A stretch of 63,428 bases of DNA, counting the filler, from Nitrospinota bacterium (GTDB taxonomy: Bacteria > JAUXIQ01): the NCBI GenBank assembly GCA_030620925.1. It is 13 parts of 13 records of this genome, joined end to end, with 100 filler letters (N's around TTAATTAATTAA, not from the genome) between each part and the next. Parts side by side here need not be neighbours in the genome. Positions count along the whole stretch, not along the records: positions 6,197 to 13,358 come from JAUXIQ010000095.1; positions 13,459 to 16,620 come from JAUXIQ010000354.1; positions 16,721 to 19,785 come from JAUXIQ010000366.1; positions 19,886 to 22,667 come from JAUXIQ010000406.1; 9 more parts are not named here. One strand, 5' to 3'. This document shows positions 9,121-19,887 of the stretch, in pieces (the stretch's first letter is position 1; every line of letters begins with the position of its first letter). The notes below the pieces were generated by a model. It made no database searches. It worked only from the letters and a program-made list of their open reading frames with translations, and was not told where the DNA came from. Both the position numbers and the translations under genes were made by a program.

Positions 9121-10893
9121 ATGACGCAACGGGAACTATGGCAGAGGACGCACTACTGCGGCGAGCTCAGAAAAGAGCATATAGAGCAAGAAGTAGTACT
9201 CAAGGGCTGGGTTCACAGCCGCAGGGACCATGGAGGAGTGATTTTTGTGGACCTGCGGGACAGGGAGGGTCTGGTGCAGGTGGTATTTAACCCCGAAATC
9301 CACGAGGCACCTCACGGCGAGGTGCGAAAGGTCAGGGATGAGTACGTGCTTGAGGTTAAAGGAAAGGTCAGGGCAAGGCCGGATGATGCGGCAAACCCTA
9401 ACCTGGCCACCGGCGAGGTGGAAGTGGTGGGAGCCGAACTGCGCATCCTGAACGAGTCCAAAGCTCTCCCCTTTTCCCTTAACAAGGAGATAGACGTCGG
9501 GGAGGATGTGCGCCTCAAATACCGCTATCTGGACCTGCGTCGTGAAGAGATGCAGAGCTATTTTCGTCTGCGTCATAACGTGTGCCTCTCGGTGAGAAAT
9601 TTTTTAAGCGGTCAGGGTTTCCTCGAGGTGGAAACCCCCATGCTTACCAAAAGCACGCCGGAGGGGGCAAGGGATTACCTGGTGCCCAGCAGGGTAAGCC
9701 CCAAAAAGTTTTACGCCCTGCCCCAATCCCCGCAACTGTTCAAGCAGATTCTCATGGTGTCCGGGTACGATCGCTATTTTCAGATAGTCAAATGTTTCAG
9801 GGACGAAGACTTGAGGGCCGACCGACAGCCGGAGTTCACGCAGATAGATATTGAGATGTCTTTCATCGAACAGGATGATCTGCTCCAGGTAATGGAGCAG
9901 ATGGTGGCCGAAATTTTCAGGGAGACCAAAGGGATTGAGCTTTCCTTGCCCTTCCCAAAGATGAGTTACCGGGAAGCAATGGATAAATACGGGGTGGATA
10001 ACCCCGATACCAGGTTCGGCCTGGAGATCAACGACGCCACGAAGCTCCTCTCGGAAGTGGAGTTCCCCCCCTTTAAGAAAGCGGTTGAAAACGGCGGCTC
10101 CATCAGAGGAATAAACATTGCGGGGTGTGCCTCCTTTTCCCGCAGAGAGCTGGATGAGCTGGCGGATTACGTCCAGGGGGAAGGCGGTGGGGGCCTCTAC
10201 TGGGTGAAGTGTACCGATCAGGGAGCCCAGTCACCCATAGGCAAGCATCTCCCCGAAGGCGCCATGGATGCCCTGCTGGCCCATTTCAAGGCCGGAGCCG
10301 GAGACCTGATTCTGATGGTGGCCGAGGGCGGGGATAAGGCCCTTCCCATCCTGGGGAAGCTGCGGCTCAAAATGGCGGATAGAGCGGGAATCATAGACCC
10401 GAAGGCTTACGCGTTCGTCTGGATCACAGAGTTCCCCCTGCTGGAGTACGACCAACAGGAAAAGCGGTACACAGCCGTCCACCATCCGTTCACCGCCCCC
10501 ATGGACGAGGACCTGGAACTGCTCGCCGGCGATCCGGGGGCGGCGAGGGCCAAGGCGCATGACCTTGTCCTAAACGGGAACGAGATAGGGGGAGGCAGTA
10601 TCAGAATACACCGCAGAGACGTGCAAAACAGGATATTCGAGATGCTGGGCATCGGCCCCGAGGAGAGCCTGATCAAATTCGGCTTCCTTCTTGAGGCCCT
10701 GGAATATGGCGCACCGCCGCACGGGGGCATCGCCTTCGGCCTGGATAGAATAGTAATGCTCTTAAGCGGTGCGAAATCCATCCGGGACATAATAGCCTTC
10801 CCCAAGACAAACCGCGCTATCTGCCTCATGACAGACGCCCCCTCTGAAGTCGATGAAGGCCAGTTGCGAGAGCTGAGCATAAAACTGATCTGA
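9121..10893 (+). CDS. aspS: Aspartate--tRNA ligase (probably the non-discriminating type)
   Basis: RTHYCG, RRDHGG (His typical of ND-AspRS), [45 protein letters not shown]. Confidence 0.97.
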   Translation: MTQRELWQRTHYCGELRKEHIEQEVVLKGWVHSRRDHGGVIFVDLRDREGLVQVVFNPEIHEAPHGEVRKVRDEYVLEVKGKVRARPDDAANPNLATGEVEVVGAELRILNESKALPFSLNKEIDVGEDVRLKYRYLDLRREEMQSYFRLRHNVCLSVRNFLSGQGFLEVETPMLTKSTPEGARDYLVPSRVSPKKFYALPQSPQLFKQILMVSGYDRYFQIVKCFRDEDLRADRQPEFTQIDIEMSFIEQDDLLQVMEQMVAEIFRETKGIELSLPFPKMSYREAMDKYGVDNPDTRFGLEINDATKLLSEVEFPPFKKAVENGGSIRGINIAGCASFSRRELDELADYVQGEGGGGLYWVKCTDQGAQSPIGKHLPEGAMDALLAHFKAGAGDLILMVAEGGDKALPILGKLRLKMADRAGIIDPKAYAFVWITEFPLLEYDQQEKRYTAVHHPFTAPMDEDLELLAGDPGAARAKAHDLVLNGNEIGGGSIRIHRRDVQNRIFEMLGIGPEESLIKFGFLLEALEYGAPPHGGIAFGLDRIVMLLSGAKSIRDIIAFPKTNRAICLMTDAPSEVDEGQLRELSIKLI

Positions 10894-10980
10894 TAAGTGA
10901 GGGATAAGCAGGCGGCTGGCGGCGCCTTCGACTGAGGACTAGAACCGAGCGGTTATAGCTCTATCCTTGCGGTGGTATCC

Positions 10981-11877
10981 ATGGGAGAAGACAAGCATAA
11001 ATCCGGTTTCCTGGCCATTATCGGCAGGCCCAACGTGGGGAAGTCGACCCTGATGAACAGGGTCATGGGGCGTAAAGTGTCCATAATTACGGATAAGCCC
11101 CAGACCACCAGGAACAGGATAGCGGGCGTCAAGAACTATAAAAACGGACAGATGGTGTTTCTGGATACGCCCGGAATCCACAGGGCCAAATCGCTCATAA
11201 ACCGGTACATGGTGAAAACGGCGCTGGATACTCTCAAAGAAGTCGACCTCTTGCTCTATATGACCGACGACAGGGCCGACGTTGAGGAAGACCGAAAGTA
11301 CGTTTTCCCCAGGCTGAAGGAGGCCGGTACCCCCGTTTTTCTGTTGATAAACAAGATAGACCTGATGAAAAAGGACGAGCTGCTCCCCCTCATGAACGCT
11401 TACAGCAAAGTCATGGATTTCAAGGAGCTTATACCGGTTTCCGCGCTCACGGGGGAAAACATGGAGCTGCTCCTTGACCTCTCCCTAAAGATGATGCTCG
11501 AAGGCCCGGCCTACTTTCCCGAGGATATGTACACCGATCAGCCCGAGGATTTCCTCATGTCCGAGCTGGTTAGGGAAAAAGCCATTAAACTGTGCAGGCA
11601 GGAGGTCCCTTATGCGGTGGCAGTGGTGGTGGAGAGAGTAGACCGCGCGGAGGGAGACCTCACCAGGGTCGAAGCCACCATCTATGTCGAGCGCGATTCA
11701 CAGAAGATGATCGTAATAGGTAAGGGGGGGGCCATGCTGAAGGAGATAGGAACCCGGGCCCGCAAGGAGATGGAGTGGATATTCGGGGAGAGGATGCACC
11801 TCAGCCTGTGGGTGAAGACGAAGAAACATTGGACAGATATTGACAGGTATATCAAAGAGTTCGGGCATTATCAATGA
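10981..11877 (+). CDS. era: GTPase Era
   Basis: GRPNVGKST, PQTTR, DTPG, NKID, and KH domain VIGKGG. Confidence 0.96.
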   Translation: MGEDKHKSGFLAIIGRPNVGKSTLMNRVMGRKVSIITDKPQTTRNRIAGVKNYKNGQMVFLDTPGIHRAKSLINRYMVKTALDTLKEVDLLLYMTDDRADVEEDRKYVFPRLKEAGTPVFLLINKIDLMKKDELLPLMNAYSKVMDFKELIPVSALTGENMELLLDLSLKMMLEGPAYFPEDMYTDQPEDFLMSELVREKAIKLCRQEVPYAVAVVVERVDRAEGDLTRVEATIYVERDSQKMIVIGKGGAMLKEIGTRARKEMEWIFGERMHLSLWVKTKKHWTDIDRYIKEFGHYQ

Positions 11878-11968
11878 AGCATCAGTTTAAGCTGACCCGG
11901 TCTTTTTGCGGGCGAATCCGTCCTCTGTGGCCCATAACCTGAAGCCGATCCGGCAAAGCCGAGCTATC

Positions 11969-12709
11969 ATGGCCCTGTATGATACTGAATCCATAGTGGT
12001 GAATACGATAGACCTTGGGGAAGCCGATCTCCTGGTAACCCTTTTCACCCGGGAATACGGCAAGATAAAGGCTGTCGCCAGGGGTGCTCGCATTTTGAAG
12101 AGCAGGTACAGCGGGTTCTTCCAGCCCCTCCTGGTTCTCAACACACTCTATTTCGGCAACGAGAGGCAGGAGCTCTACCGGATGGCCTCTATCGATCCGG
12201 TGAAAGTTTACGATATATCCTCCAGCATGGATAAGATGTTTACGGCCTTTTGCATGATGGAGGTGCTGGAACATTGCTGCGGACCGGGCGAAATCAACCT
12301 GCCTATGTACAGGCTGGCTCTGGAGGGAATAGAGCTGCTGGATAGCGGCGATCAGGGCCCGAATCTGGCGCTCTGCTTCGCCATGAGGGGGCTGTCTGTA
12401 GCCGGATATATGCCGCATCTCAAAGATTGCATAGCATGCGGGGGAGATTTGAGCGGCGATAAACTCAGGTTCAGCCCTTCCAGAGGGGGAGTGTTGTGCA
12501 ACCGATGTCTATCGGGGGCCGGGGAGCATTTCCCCATCTCCATGGGATGCCTGAAGTTCCTTGTCGCCACACTTGGGTTGGATTTAAAAAGGTCTAGCCG
12601 TATAAAGTTGAACCAAAACTTGAAGGAAGAAACCGGGAACATAATTTTCAACCATATTGCTTATAATCTGGGCAGGGAGATGAAGTCCCTGCGCTTCCTG
12701 GAATTGTAA
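11969..12709 (+). CDS. recO: DNA repair protein RecO
   Basis: GEADLLVTLFTREYGKIKAVARG, zinc motifs CIAC and CNRC. Follows era. Confidence 0.93.
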   Translation: MALYDTESIVVNTIDLGEADLLVTLFTREYGKIKAVARGARILKSRYSGFFQPLLVLNTLYFGNERQELYRMASIDPVKVYDISSSMDKMFTAFCMMEVLEHCCGPGEINLPMYRLALEGIELLDSGDQGPNLALCFAMRGLSVAGYMPHLKDCIACGGDLSGDKLRFSPSRGGVLCNRCLSGAGEHFPISMGCLKFLVATLGLDLKRSSRIKLNQNLKEETGNIIFNHIAYNLGREMKSLRFLEL

Positions 12710-12788
12710 TCAAACAGGTTTAATTATTTGTATGTCCGACAGAACTTAATCAAACTATATATTAATAAAAGACGTTTAATTTTTTTCG

Positions 12789-12816
12789 TTGACATTGAAG
12801 ACCAATAAGGTATACT
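12789..12816 (+). promoter_or_regulatory. Sigma70-like promoter for argS
   Basis: TTGACA-16nt-TATACT, 33 nt upstream of the GTG start. Confidence 0.65.
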
Positions 12817-12849
12817 TAAATTTCAGAAATAAAACAATGAGGGTGGGAG

Positions 12850-13358
12850 GTGAAAAAAGAGTTAAAACAGTTACTTAACGCCTCACTGAAAAGAGCCGCC
12901 GAAAGAGGACAAATCTCTCCTTCAAACAGGTTGCGGGGCATAATAGACGGTGAGGAAGAAGTAGTTTCTCGCCCCGCTAACACCGATCACGGAGATTATA
13001 CCTCCAACGCGGCCATGATACTGGCGTCTGACCAGGGCAAACCCCCCAGAGCGGTAGCGGAAACGATCCTCAGTAACCTGGAAAACTCCACTGATTTGTT
13101 GAAAGAAGTGGAGATCGCCGGACCGGGGTTTATCAACTTCTTCATCAAGCCCGAGCGCTGGTTGGAATCGCTGAGGCGCATAGTCAAAGAGGGGGAAGAT
13201 TTCGGGTCTTCAACAGCGGGCAAGGGCCTCAAGGTCCAGATCGAGTTCGTTAGCGCCAACCCCACCGGGCCGCTTCACGTGGGACACGGCCGCGGAGCCG
13301 CCGTTGGCGATGCGCTGGCCAACCTGCTTCAGAAGACGGGCTTCGACGTCCATAAAGA
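12850..13358 (+). CDS. argS: Arginine--tRNA ligase, 3'-truncated
   Basis: HGDYTSN, AGPGFINF, EFVSANPTGPLHVGHGRGA. Confidence 0.95.
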
Positions 13359-13458
13359 NNNNNNNNNNNNNNNNNNNNNNNNNNNNNNNNNNNNNNNNNN
13401 NNTTAATTAATTAANNNNNNNNNNNNNNNNNNNNNNNNNNNNNNNNNNNNNNNNNNNN
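13359..13458. other. Artificial contig linker
   Basis: N44-TTAATTAATTAA-N44. Confidence 0.99.
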
Positions 13459-13868
13459 GGTATGATCTTTTTTATTCCCTGGTAAAGGGTGTCCAGTGAG
13501 ATCAGGGTTTCGGCTCCGGAATCGTTAAGCTGGTTCAGCGCCTCACGCGGTGAAAACAGAGGGCTTAGAGGCGTGAATATCGCCCCCGTTTTCAGGATGC
13601 CGTAATATGCTATAGCGAATTGCGGGCAGTTGGTCATATGGATAGATACACGCTTCCCTTTTTTCACGCCCATCGCCCACAGGGCTGCGGCAAAACGGTC
13701 GCTCAACTCTTTTAATTCCCCGAAGGTAAGCTCCATGCCTTCGAATATCAGGGCGGTCCTGTCAGGGACGCGCGCAGCCGTTTGGTCCAGTATGGAATAG
13801 ACCGGCATCTGCGGGTAGTCGATGCTCCTGGGCCACCCTTCGGGCCAGGCTTTGAAGTTTTTGCTCAT
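13459..13868 (-). CDS. Long-chain acyl-CoA synthetase (AMP-binding family), 3'-truncated
   Basis: GVKKGKRVSIHMTNCPQFAIAYYG...QLNDSGAE, a typical FadD N-terminus. Confidence 0.88.
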
Positions 13869-13887
13869 GAGGTCGATTCCTCCAGGA

Positions 13888-15273
13888 TCAGAGCGGCGGC
13901 GTTTTCATCCAGTCGGTTGCCGATTCGTAGGCATGAGCCAGCCTGAAAATGGTGCTTTCGTCGAAGGCGCGGCCCGCAATCTGCAGCCCTATGGGCAGTC
14001 CGTCTGAGTCGAAACCACAGGGTAGGGTTATGGCGGGAAGCCCGGTAAGGTTGTAGGGCACCATGTTTCTGGTGAGAAGGCGAGTGATTTGCAAATCCTC
14101 TTCTCCTACCTTTATAAAATCTTCGCCCGCTTTGGGGGCGGTAACCGGCAGGGTAGGGGTCACGATGGCGTCGACATTTTTGAAAGCGGCCTCGAAGTCG
14201 CCGCGCAGCAGCTTCCGGTAGCGCTGGGCCTTGACGTGGTGCACGCCCAGCATGAGGTAGCCCATTTTCAGGTATGCCAGAACGTCCGGGGTGTAGTCCC
14301 CTTCATGCTCAGGCAGATATTTGTCGTGGTAAGAGCTGGCCTCAGGGCACAGCACGAAGAGTTCGGCCACAGGTGCAGCCTGGATATGCGGAAAGGAGAC
14401 CTCTTCCACGGAGGCCACCATCCCTCTCAGCACGTCCACGGCCTTTTCCACCGCCGCCCCTACCTGGGGGTCGACGGGCTCGGAAAAATAGTCGGTGGGG
14501 ACGCCCAGGCGCAGTCCGGCCGTGCCCTCTTCCAGCCCTCCTGCGTAATGGGGAACGGGAAGGTCGACGGTGTAAGGGTCTTTGGCGTCGAAACCGGCCA
14601 TGGCCTCCAGCATAAAGGCTGCGTCCCGCACGCTCCTGCACATGGGGCCGGTGTGGTCCAGGGACCAGCTAAGGGGGATAACGCCGTATTTGCTCGTCCG
14701 GCCGAAGGTCGGCTTTATGCCCACGATGCCGTTAAGCGAGGAGGGGATGCGGATGGAGCCGCCGGTGTCGCTGCCCGTGCCGCCCATGCACATGGCGGTG
14801 GCCACCGCTGCGCCCGTGCCGCCGCTCGACCCGCCGGGTATCCGCTCCAGGTCCCACGGATTGCGGGTGGGTGGCGTGATCACACCGAAGGCGAACTCGT
14901 GGGTGTTGGTCTTGCCCAGTATGATGGCCCCGGCCTCCTTGAGCTTTTTCACCGTGGTGGCGTCGTAGTCGGGGACGAAGTCTTTGAAGACTTTGGAGCT
15001 TCCGGTGGTGAGAACGCCCTCGGTGTAGTAGATGTCTTTTATTCCTAAGGGGATGCCGTGGAGGGGGCCTTTATGGTTCCCGGCGGCTATATCTTTCTCC
15101 GCCTGTTGGGCGGCCTGCCGGGCCTCTTTTTCGCACAGGGTGACGAAGGCTTTGGTGCGCCCGTCGATCTCTTCTACACGGTTAAGCGCCGCTTCCACCA
15201 CCTCCACGGGGGATACTTCTTTTTTGCCCATGAGCTCCGACAGTGTTGAAATAGTGTGTTTGGTCAGGTCCAT
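13888..15273 (-). CDS. Amidase signature family enzyme (GatA/AtzE-like)
   Basis: Catalytic Lys in GIKD, GGSSGG, GSDTGGSIRIP, GLPIGLQI. The ATG at 15273 has a GAGGAGG RBS. Confidence 0.93.
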   Translation of the reverse strand: MDLTKHTISTLSELMGKKEVSPVEVVEAALNRVEEIDGRTKAFVTLCEKEARQAAQQAEKDIAAGNHKGPLHGIPLGIKDIYYTEGVLTTGSSKVFKDFVPDYDATTVKKLKEAGAIILGKTNTHEFAFGVITPPTRNPWDLERIPGGSSGGTGAAVATAMCMGGTGSDTGGSIRIPSSLNGIVGIKPTFGRTSKYGVIPLSWSLDHTGPMCRSVRDAAFMLEAMAGFDAKDPYTVDLPVPHYAGGLEEGTAGLRLGVPTDYFSEPVDPQVGAAVEKAVDVLRGMVASVEEVSFPHIQAAPVAELFVLCPEASSYHDKYLPEHEGDYTPDVLAYLKMGYLMLGVHHVKAQRYRKLLRGDFEAAFKNVDAIVTPTLPVTAPKAGEDFIKVGEEDLQITRLLTRNMVPYNLTGLPAITLPCGFDSDGLPIGLQIAGRAFDESTIFRLAHAYESATDWMKTPPL

Positions 15274-15274
15274 G

Positions 15275-15493
15275 TCAGTCCTCCTCTCGAATGAGGATGG
15301 TGTAGAGGGGTTCGAGCTCACCCAGGTCGAGCTTCTCCAGTTCGTGGAGGGAAGAAAGCAGCCCGCCCAGCCGGTTTGCGCAGAGCTTCAGCTCTTCCTC
15401 GCCCATCTTGATACCCGCGACATCTTCGGCTATCCTTTTCAGCGCCTCTGGCGAGAGCGCGCTCTGTTCCTCGGGATTGTCTGACCGGTTCAT
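15275..15493 (-). CDS. Small acidic GatC/AtzG-like amidase partner protein
   Basis: 72 aa, helical, ends ELEKLDLGELEP. Its stop lies 1 nt before the amidase ATG and it has a GGGAAG RBS. Confidence 0.65.
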   Translation of the reverse strand: MNRSDNPEEQSALSPEALKRIAEDVAGIKMGEEELKLCANRLGGLLSSLHELEKLDLGELEPLYTILIREED

Positions 15494-15760
15494 GTCTCTT
15501 CCCTCCCATTATCAGGCGTTTGTTTTATTATGAAAGTCTTGTTAATCCTTTTCAAGAAAAAGATAGACGATGTCCCCGTCTGGAAGCAAGGCTTTTTTGC
15601 ACCTGGATGGGACATTAGTCTTGACACCAGAGATGCCCTTAGCCTGCTTTTACGCTATTCCAATCTTTCAGCTACCGAAAAATTCCCCTCCCCAGGCGGG
15701 AAGGGCTAGGGGGTACAACAAACCTTATGACAAGTGGGTTTCGTGCGGGTAAGCTCCTAT

Positions 15761-15989
15761 AGGGCAGGCACAGGGGCCTGCCCCTACATGTCCCGCGGAA
15801 TGCGGTACTCAGAATGACAGAATGCGCAGTTAGGGGCATCCCGCATGCCGCGGGACCGTGCCCTTAATTAAAAAAATATCGTGTTTCTAATTAAACCCTA
15901 TTTCCCTACCACAAAAGCACTACGTAGGGGCGGTCCCGCGTGTGGCGGGATTAAACCCGGCCTATTGAGGCGTATCGCAATACGCTCCT
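15761..15989. repeat. Cluster of GTAG-type REP-like hairpins with three 17-bp inserts (15791, 15839, 15934)
   Basis: AGGGCAGGCACAGGGGCCTGCCCCTAC; AGGGGCA-insert-CCGTGCCCT; GTAGGGGCGG-insert-TTAAACCCG; GGCGTATCGCAATACGCTCC. Confidence 0.8.
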
Positions 15990-16208
15990 GAAATCGGACG
16001 CGTCCTGAAGGCGTTCCTGCGAAATATTGGCACGGTTAATGCGGGGATAGCGTGCCTTGTCCTTTTCCTGGGTATCATAAGGGTCTCCTTCTGTTCTTCG
16101 GCCGGTTTTGGTGTTTGAAATCTAAGGCGGAAAATAGTAGTATGTGCGTGGAATGTCGAATCCCTGCCATCGTAATAAACTGAAGATTTCCCATGAGGAG
16201 GGGACAAA

Positions 16209-16620
16209 ATGAGCGGAAAAGATTCTTACGGCGTTCTAATGAAGAATTTAGGTTTCCCAGAGTCAGGCACGCTCAGGGCGCTGCTCGAATATCTCATCTC
16301 GCCGCGGCAAGCAGACCTGGCGGCGGCCATGCCCGGGCACCCGGATGATCTGGCGGAAAAGTTGGGTATGGACAAGGCGGCGGCTATGAGCGACATCCAT
16401 GACATGTATCGCAGAGGAATAATATTTCCCAAAAACAGGTATACCATGGAGAAGTGCCGCTTCGCAAAGAGTGCCGGTGAATTTCACGACGCCATAGGTT
16501 CACGCCTCACCACCGACCCTGAGGCGGAACCCATGCTCTATAAGCTGATCTGGGATTTCCGGCGTTCCGACATGGACAAGGATATGGCCGAAAGGTCCGC
16601 TAAGTATGAGGCCCCTATAA
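16209..16620 (+). CDS. Probable 4Fe-4S-binding protein with N-terminal winged-helix-like region, 3'-truncated
   Basis: GAGGAGGG RBS. The sequence L...LG.P.S..LR.LLEYL...DLAEKLG...MYRRGIIF...FHDA resembles this family, but the Cys motifs would lie past the contig end. Confidence 0.55.
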
Positions 16621-16720
16621 NNNNNNNNNNNNNNNNNNNNNNNNNNNNNNNNNNNNNNNNNNNNTTAATTAATTAANNNNNNNNNNNNNNNNNNNNNNNN
16701 NNNNNNNNNNNNNNNNNNNN
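16621..16720. other. Artificial contig linker
   Basis: N44-TTAATTAATTAA-N44. Confidence 0.99.
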
Positions 16721-16857
16721 TGCATCTTCACCGCAACCAGCCAGCCTTCTTCTATGAAACGGGAGAACCCCGCCGCCCCGAACAGGCCCGCCAGCTTGTC
16801 CGGCATGCTCCGCCCGTAACCGGTCTTTGCGTCCGTATAATATACTTTAGATACCAT
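16721..16857 (-). CDS. DUF362-type Fe-S centre protein, N-terminal fragment
   Basis: MVSKVYYTDAKT...DKLAGLFGAAG...LVAVKM, the typical start of this family. Confidence 0.7.
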
Positions 16858-16937
16858 GCTCGAGCCTATCCTTAATCACAACCGGATGCCTGCAAACTCG
16901 ATGAAGTCTTTTCCCAACATAGCCTTCGCAGCCATAG

Positions 16938-17044
16938 TCGCGCCTGAAGGCGCTCCTACAGCGGGTAGACAACATAGGCATCCCGCGGCACGCGGGTCGG
17001 AACAACGGCCGAAACAGTGTGTAGGAGCGGCATCCTGCCGCGAT
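16938..17044. repeat. Two REP copies flanking a 17-bp palindrome (16981..16997)
   Basis: TCGCGCCTGAAGGCGCTCCTAC ... TCCCGCGGCACGCGGGT ... GTAGGAGCGGCATCCTGCCGCGAT. Confidence 0.75.
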
Positions 17045-17287
17045 CAAATCATTTTGCATTATAGTCCCATCCATCATGATTTTCCCCGCATACCGCCGTA
17101 GAATAACCGCTCCTCACCGCTTATAACAAGAGGAAAATTGTGTGCATACGCTACCACGCTCCATAATCTTCCATTTCAAACGGCAGAATAGGGCTGCTTT
17201 GACATAAAACATCAGCAGATAGGAAATGAGGGGGCGCGGCAAGCAGCGCCACTACGTCAGCGATGACACAAAGTAAGTGCTTTGATT

Positions 17288-18151
17288 TCAGTTAGAGATG
17301 GGCATGCGGGGGTCGAGGGCGTCTCGCAGGCCGTCTCCCAGGAGGTTGAAGGCCAGCACCGTCCCCGTGATGCTCACGCCGGGGAAGACAGCCATCCACC
17401 AGGCGGTGGTGAAGTATGAGTAACCCGTCCTCAGCATCGAGCCCCAGCTCGCTTCGGGCGGCTGCACGCCGAGACCCAGGAAACTGAGGCCGGCTTCGGC
17501 CACGATGGCGGCGGCGAAACCGAGGGTGACCACCACGATTATGGGGGCCAGGCTGTTGGGCAGAAGGTGGCGGAAAATTATTCGTGCGTCCCCCGCCCCC
17601 AGAGACCTGGCGGCGAGGATGTACTCCGTCTCCCGAAGGGTGAAGAACTGACCCCGCACTATGCGCGCCACGCCCACCCAGCTCACCAGTGCCACGGCCA
17701 CGTAGACGGTGTTTATCCCCGGCCCCAGGGCGATGGTTACGGCGATGACGAAGAGCAGCGCGGGGAAGGACCAGACCACGTTTATCAGCCACATGATTAC
17801 GTCGTCCACCCAACCCCGGTAGTAGCCGCCCAGGGAGCCCAGGAGAACCCCTATGGCCATGGAGACCGATTGTGAAATGAGGCCCACTTTGAGGGATACC
17901 CGGGCTCCGTGCACCAACCGGCTGAAGATATCCCGGCCGAATCGGTCCGTCCCCAGCGGGTGTTTGAGGCCCGGCTTCTGGGTAGCTTCCACCAACGACT
18001 GCTTGTCAGGCTCATAGGGTGAGATCACGCCCGCCAGGACGGCGGCGGCGGCAATTGCAACTATAACTACCAGTCCGGCCATGGCCCGCCTGTTTTTCTT
18101 GAGCCTGCGCCATGCCTGCCGGCTGAAACCGGTCTGTTCCGCTCCGGGCAT
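17288..18151 (-). CDS. dppC: Peptide/nickel ABC transporter permease (DppC/OppC type)
   Basis: HPLGTDRFGRD, EYILAARSLGA, EAGLSFLGLG, NLLGDGLRDALDP. Confidence 0.93.
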   Translation of the reverse strand: MPGAEQTGFSRQAWRRLKKNRRAMAGLVVIVAIAAAAVLAGVISPYEPDKQSLVEATQKPGLKHPLGTDRFGRDIFSRLVHGARVSLKVGLISQSVSMAIGVLLGSLGGYYRGWVDDVIMWLINVVWSFPALLFVIAVTIALGPGINTVYVAVALVSWVGVARIVRGQFFTLRETEYILAARSLGAGDARIIFRHLLPNSLAPIIVVVTLGFAAAIVAEAGLSFLGLGVQPPEASWGSMLRTGYSYFTTAWWMAVFPGVSITGTVLAFNLLGDGLRDALDPRMPISN

Positions 18152-18176
18152 CTTATCCTTCTTTCTCCTCTACTTT

Positions 18177-19106
18177 TCAGTAAGTTATCCTGGGATCGAG
18201 AAAAGCGTAGATAATATCAACCATTATGTTTACGAGGACGAAGACCAGCGCGGCGAACATTACCGTGCCCTGGATCACGGTCAGGTCGTAACTTGTGATG
18301 GCGTCCACCGCAAGCAGCCCCACGCCCGGCCAGCCGAAAATATACTCTATGAAAAAAGTTCCGCTCAGCAGGGCGGCCATGGAGCCGCCGATGGCTGTGA
18401 CTACGGGTATCATGGCGTTCTTGAGAGCGTGTTTCAGAATGACCGTCCGCTCAAGGAGCCCTTTGGCCCTGGCCGTGGTGAGGTAGTCCTGCCCCATGAC
18501 CTCCAGCATGCTTGAACGTGTGAGCCTGGCTATGATGGCAAGGGGTCCGGTGCCCAGGGCTGCTGCGGGCAGGATCAGATATTTAACGCCGGACCAGCCC
18601 TCCTGATACCCTGAGATGGGGGTCCATCCCAGGATGTATCCGAAGGTCCAGGCCAGCAGAATACCCAGGAAGAAGGTGGGCATTGATACGCCCAGCAGGG
18701 ACAGGGACATAAGAGCGTCGTCCAGCTTTGAATAGGGTCTTACGGCGGAAATCACGCCCACCGGCACCCCCACCAGGACCGCCAAAAGCAACGCCGCCAG
18801 CCCCAGCTCGGCTGTAGCAGGCAGTCGATGGAGGAGGCTGTCCAGCACCTTCTCGTTAGTAGCCATGGAGCGCCCCAGGTCACCATGGGAGACGCGCCAG
18901 AGGAAGCGTCCGTATTGAACGTACCAGGGGTCATCGAGCCTCCACTCCTGGCGAAAGGACTCAACGGTCTCTACGTCGCTGCGTATGCCCAGCGCCAGCC
19001 TGGCCTGGTCTCCGGGCACGGCGAAGATGAGCAAGTAGGTAACCAGCGTCACCCCCAGCAACACTGGAACGGCCTGCAGCAACCTCTTAACGACGTATCC
19101 GGCCAA
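18177..19106 (-). CDS. dppB: Peptide/nickel ABC transporter permease (DppB/OppB type)
   Basis: GDLGRS, LPAT, RSSMLEV...TARAKGL...HALKNA, YAFLDPRI. Confidence 0.93.
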   Translation of the reverse strand: MAGYVVKRLLQAVPVLLGVTLVTYLLIFAVPGDQARLALGIRSDVETVESFRQEWRLDDPWYVQYGRFLWRVSHGDLGRSMATNEKVLDSLLHRLPATAELGLAALLLAVLVGVPVGVISAVRPYSKLDDALMSLSLLGVSMPTFFLGILLAWTFGYILGWTPISGYQEGWSGVKYLILPAAALGTGPLAIIARLTRSSMLEVMGQDYLTTARAKGLLERTVILKHALKNAMIPVVTAIGGSMAALLSGTFFIEYIFGWPGVGLLAVDAITSYDLTVIQGTVMFAALVFVLVNIMVDIIYAFLDPRITY

Positions 19107-19342
19107 AAGGGCTACCTCTCCCGCATTATCAGGTTGAACATATTATGGGCACAAATATCTCGGTCTGATAAAGCAAAGAATAACACGAAACAGCCTCCAC
19201 AAAGAGGTTTATGCCGCCAAAAACCGTGAACAAAAGGGCTTGATTTCAGAAAATTGTGGCTTTGAGAGAGAAATACTACGCAAACCTTCTGTTGACAAGT
19301 TGCCCGAAGAAAATGTAGATTATCAAAAAAGGGGGAAACATA

Positions 19343-19555
19343 ATGAACTTCCTCAAAGATTACATACGATACGTCCGACAATACCGCCAGGGATTCCTGG
19401 ATTCCAAGATTTTCGCCGAAGAACTCTTCACCTGCCCCAAATGCGGGAAGGCGAAGCCCTTCGGGGCGGATGATGCGGTGGGTTATTATAACGACGCCCG
19501 GGGCTGCATCATCGTCTGCAACGACTGTCTGCTGGAGTTTGAGTCACGCCTTTGA
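19343..19555 (+). CDS. Small hypothetical zinc-ribbon protein
   Basis: 70 aa with CPKC and CNDC. Purine-rich RBS and TTGACA-18nt-TAGATT at 19292..19321. Confidence 0.65.
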   Translation: MNFLKDYIRYVRQYRQGFLDSKIFAEELFTCPKCGKAKPFGADDAVGYYNDARGCIIVCNDCLLEFESRL

Positions 19556-19662
19556 TACCGTTTGAACACCCCCTTATAATAGCGGTATTACCGGATAATC
19601 CGCTGCCGCATATCATGAATATTCAAACGCCTTCAACCAGAAATAATCCGAGGAATCCTTGA

Positions 19663-19785
19663 ATGAGTATTTTTGCCGAAAGCATGCTCCTGGGAATCTC
19701 CCTTCTGATCATGATCGTGGCTGCGGTGCTCACCTGCGGTTTTCTGAGTGCGTGGGCCGCCGGGCGCAAGTATCGAAACCGGAAA
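19663..19785 (+). CDS. Hypothetical membrane protein, 3'-truncated
   Basis: MSIFAESMLLGISLLIMIVAAVLTCGFLSAWAAGRKYRNRK, open to the linker, with GAGGA upstream. Confidence 0.5.
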
Positions 19786-19885
19786 NNNNNNNNNNNNNNN
19801 NNNNNNNNNNNNNNNNNNNNNNNNNNNNNTTAATTAATTAANNNNNNNNNNNNNNNNNNNNNNNNNNNNNNNNNNNNNNNNNNNN
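19786..19885. other. Artificial contig linker
   Basis: N44-TTAATTAATTAA-N44. Confidence 0.99.
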
Positions 19886-19887
19886 GG

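Noticed and set aside
13888-15493. Calling the amidase pair gatA/gatC
   Set aside because: There is no gatB, GatA-specific segments are not evident, and the neighbour is a CoA ligase.
15570-16207. Short ORFs across REP clusters (also 16847..17101, 22259..22661, 30830..31051, 33804..34025)
   Set aside because: They are chance frames through palindromic repeats, with no RBS or protein-like composition.
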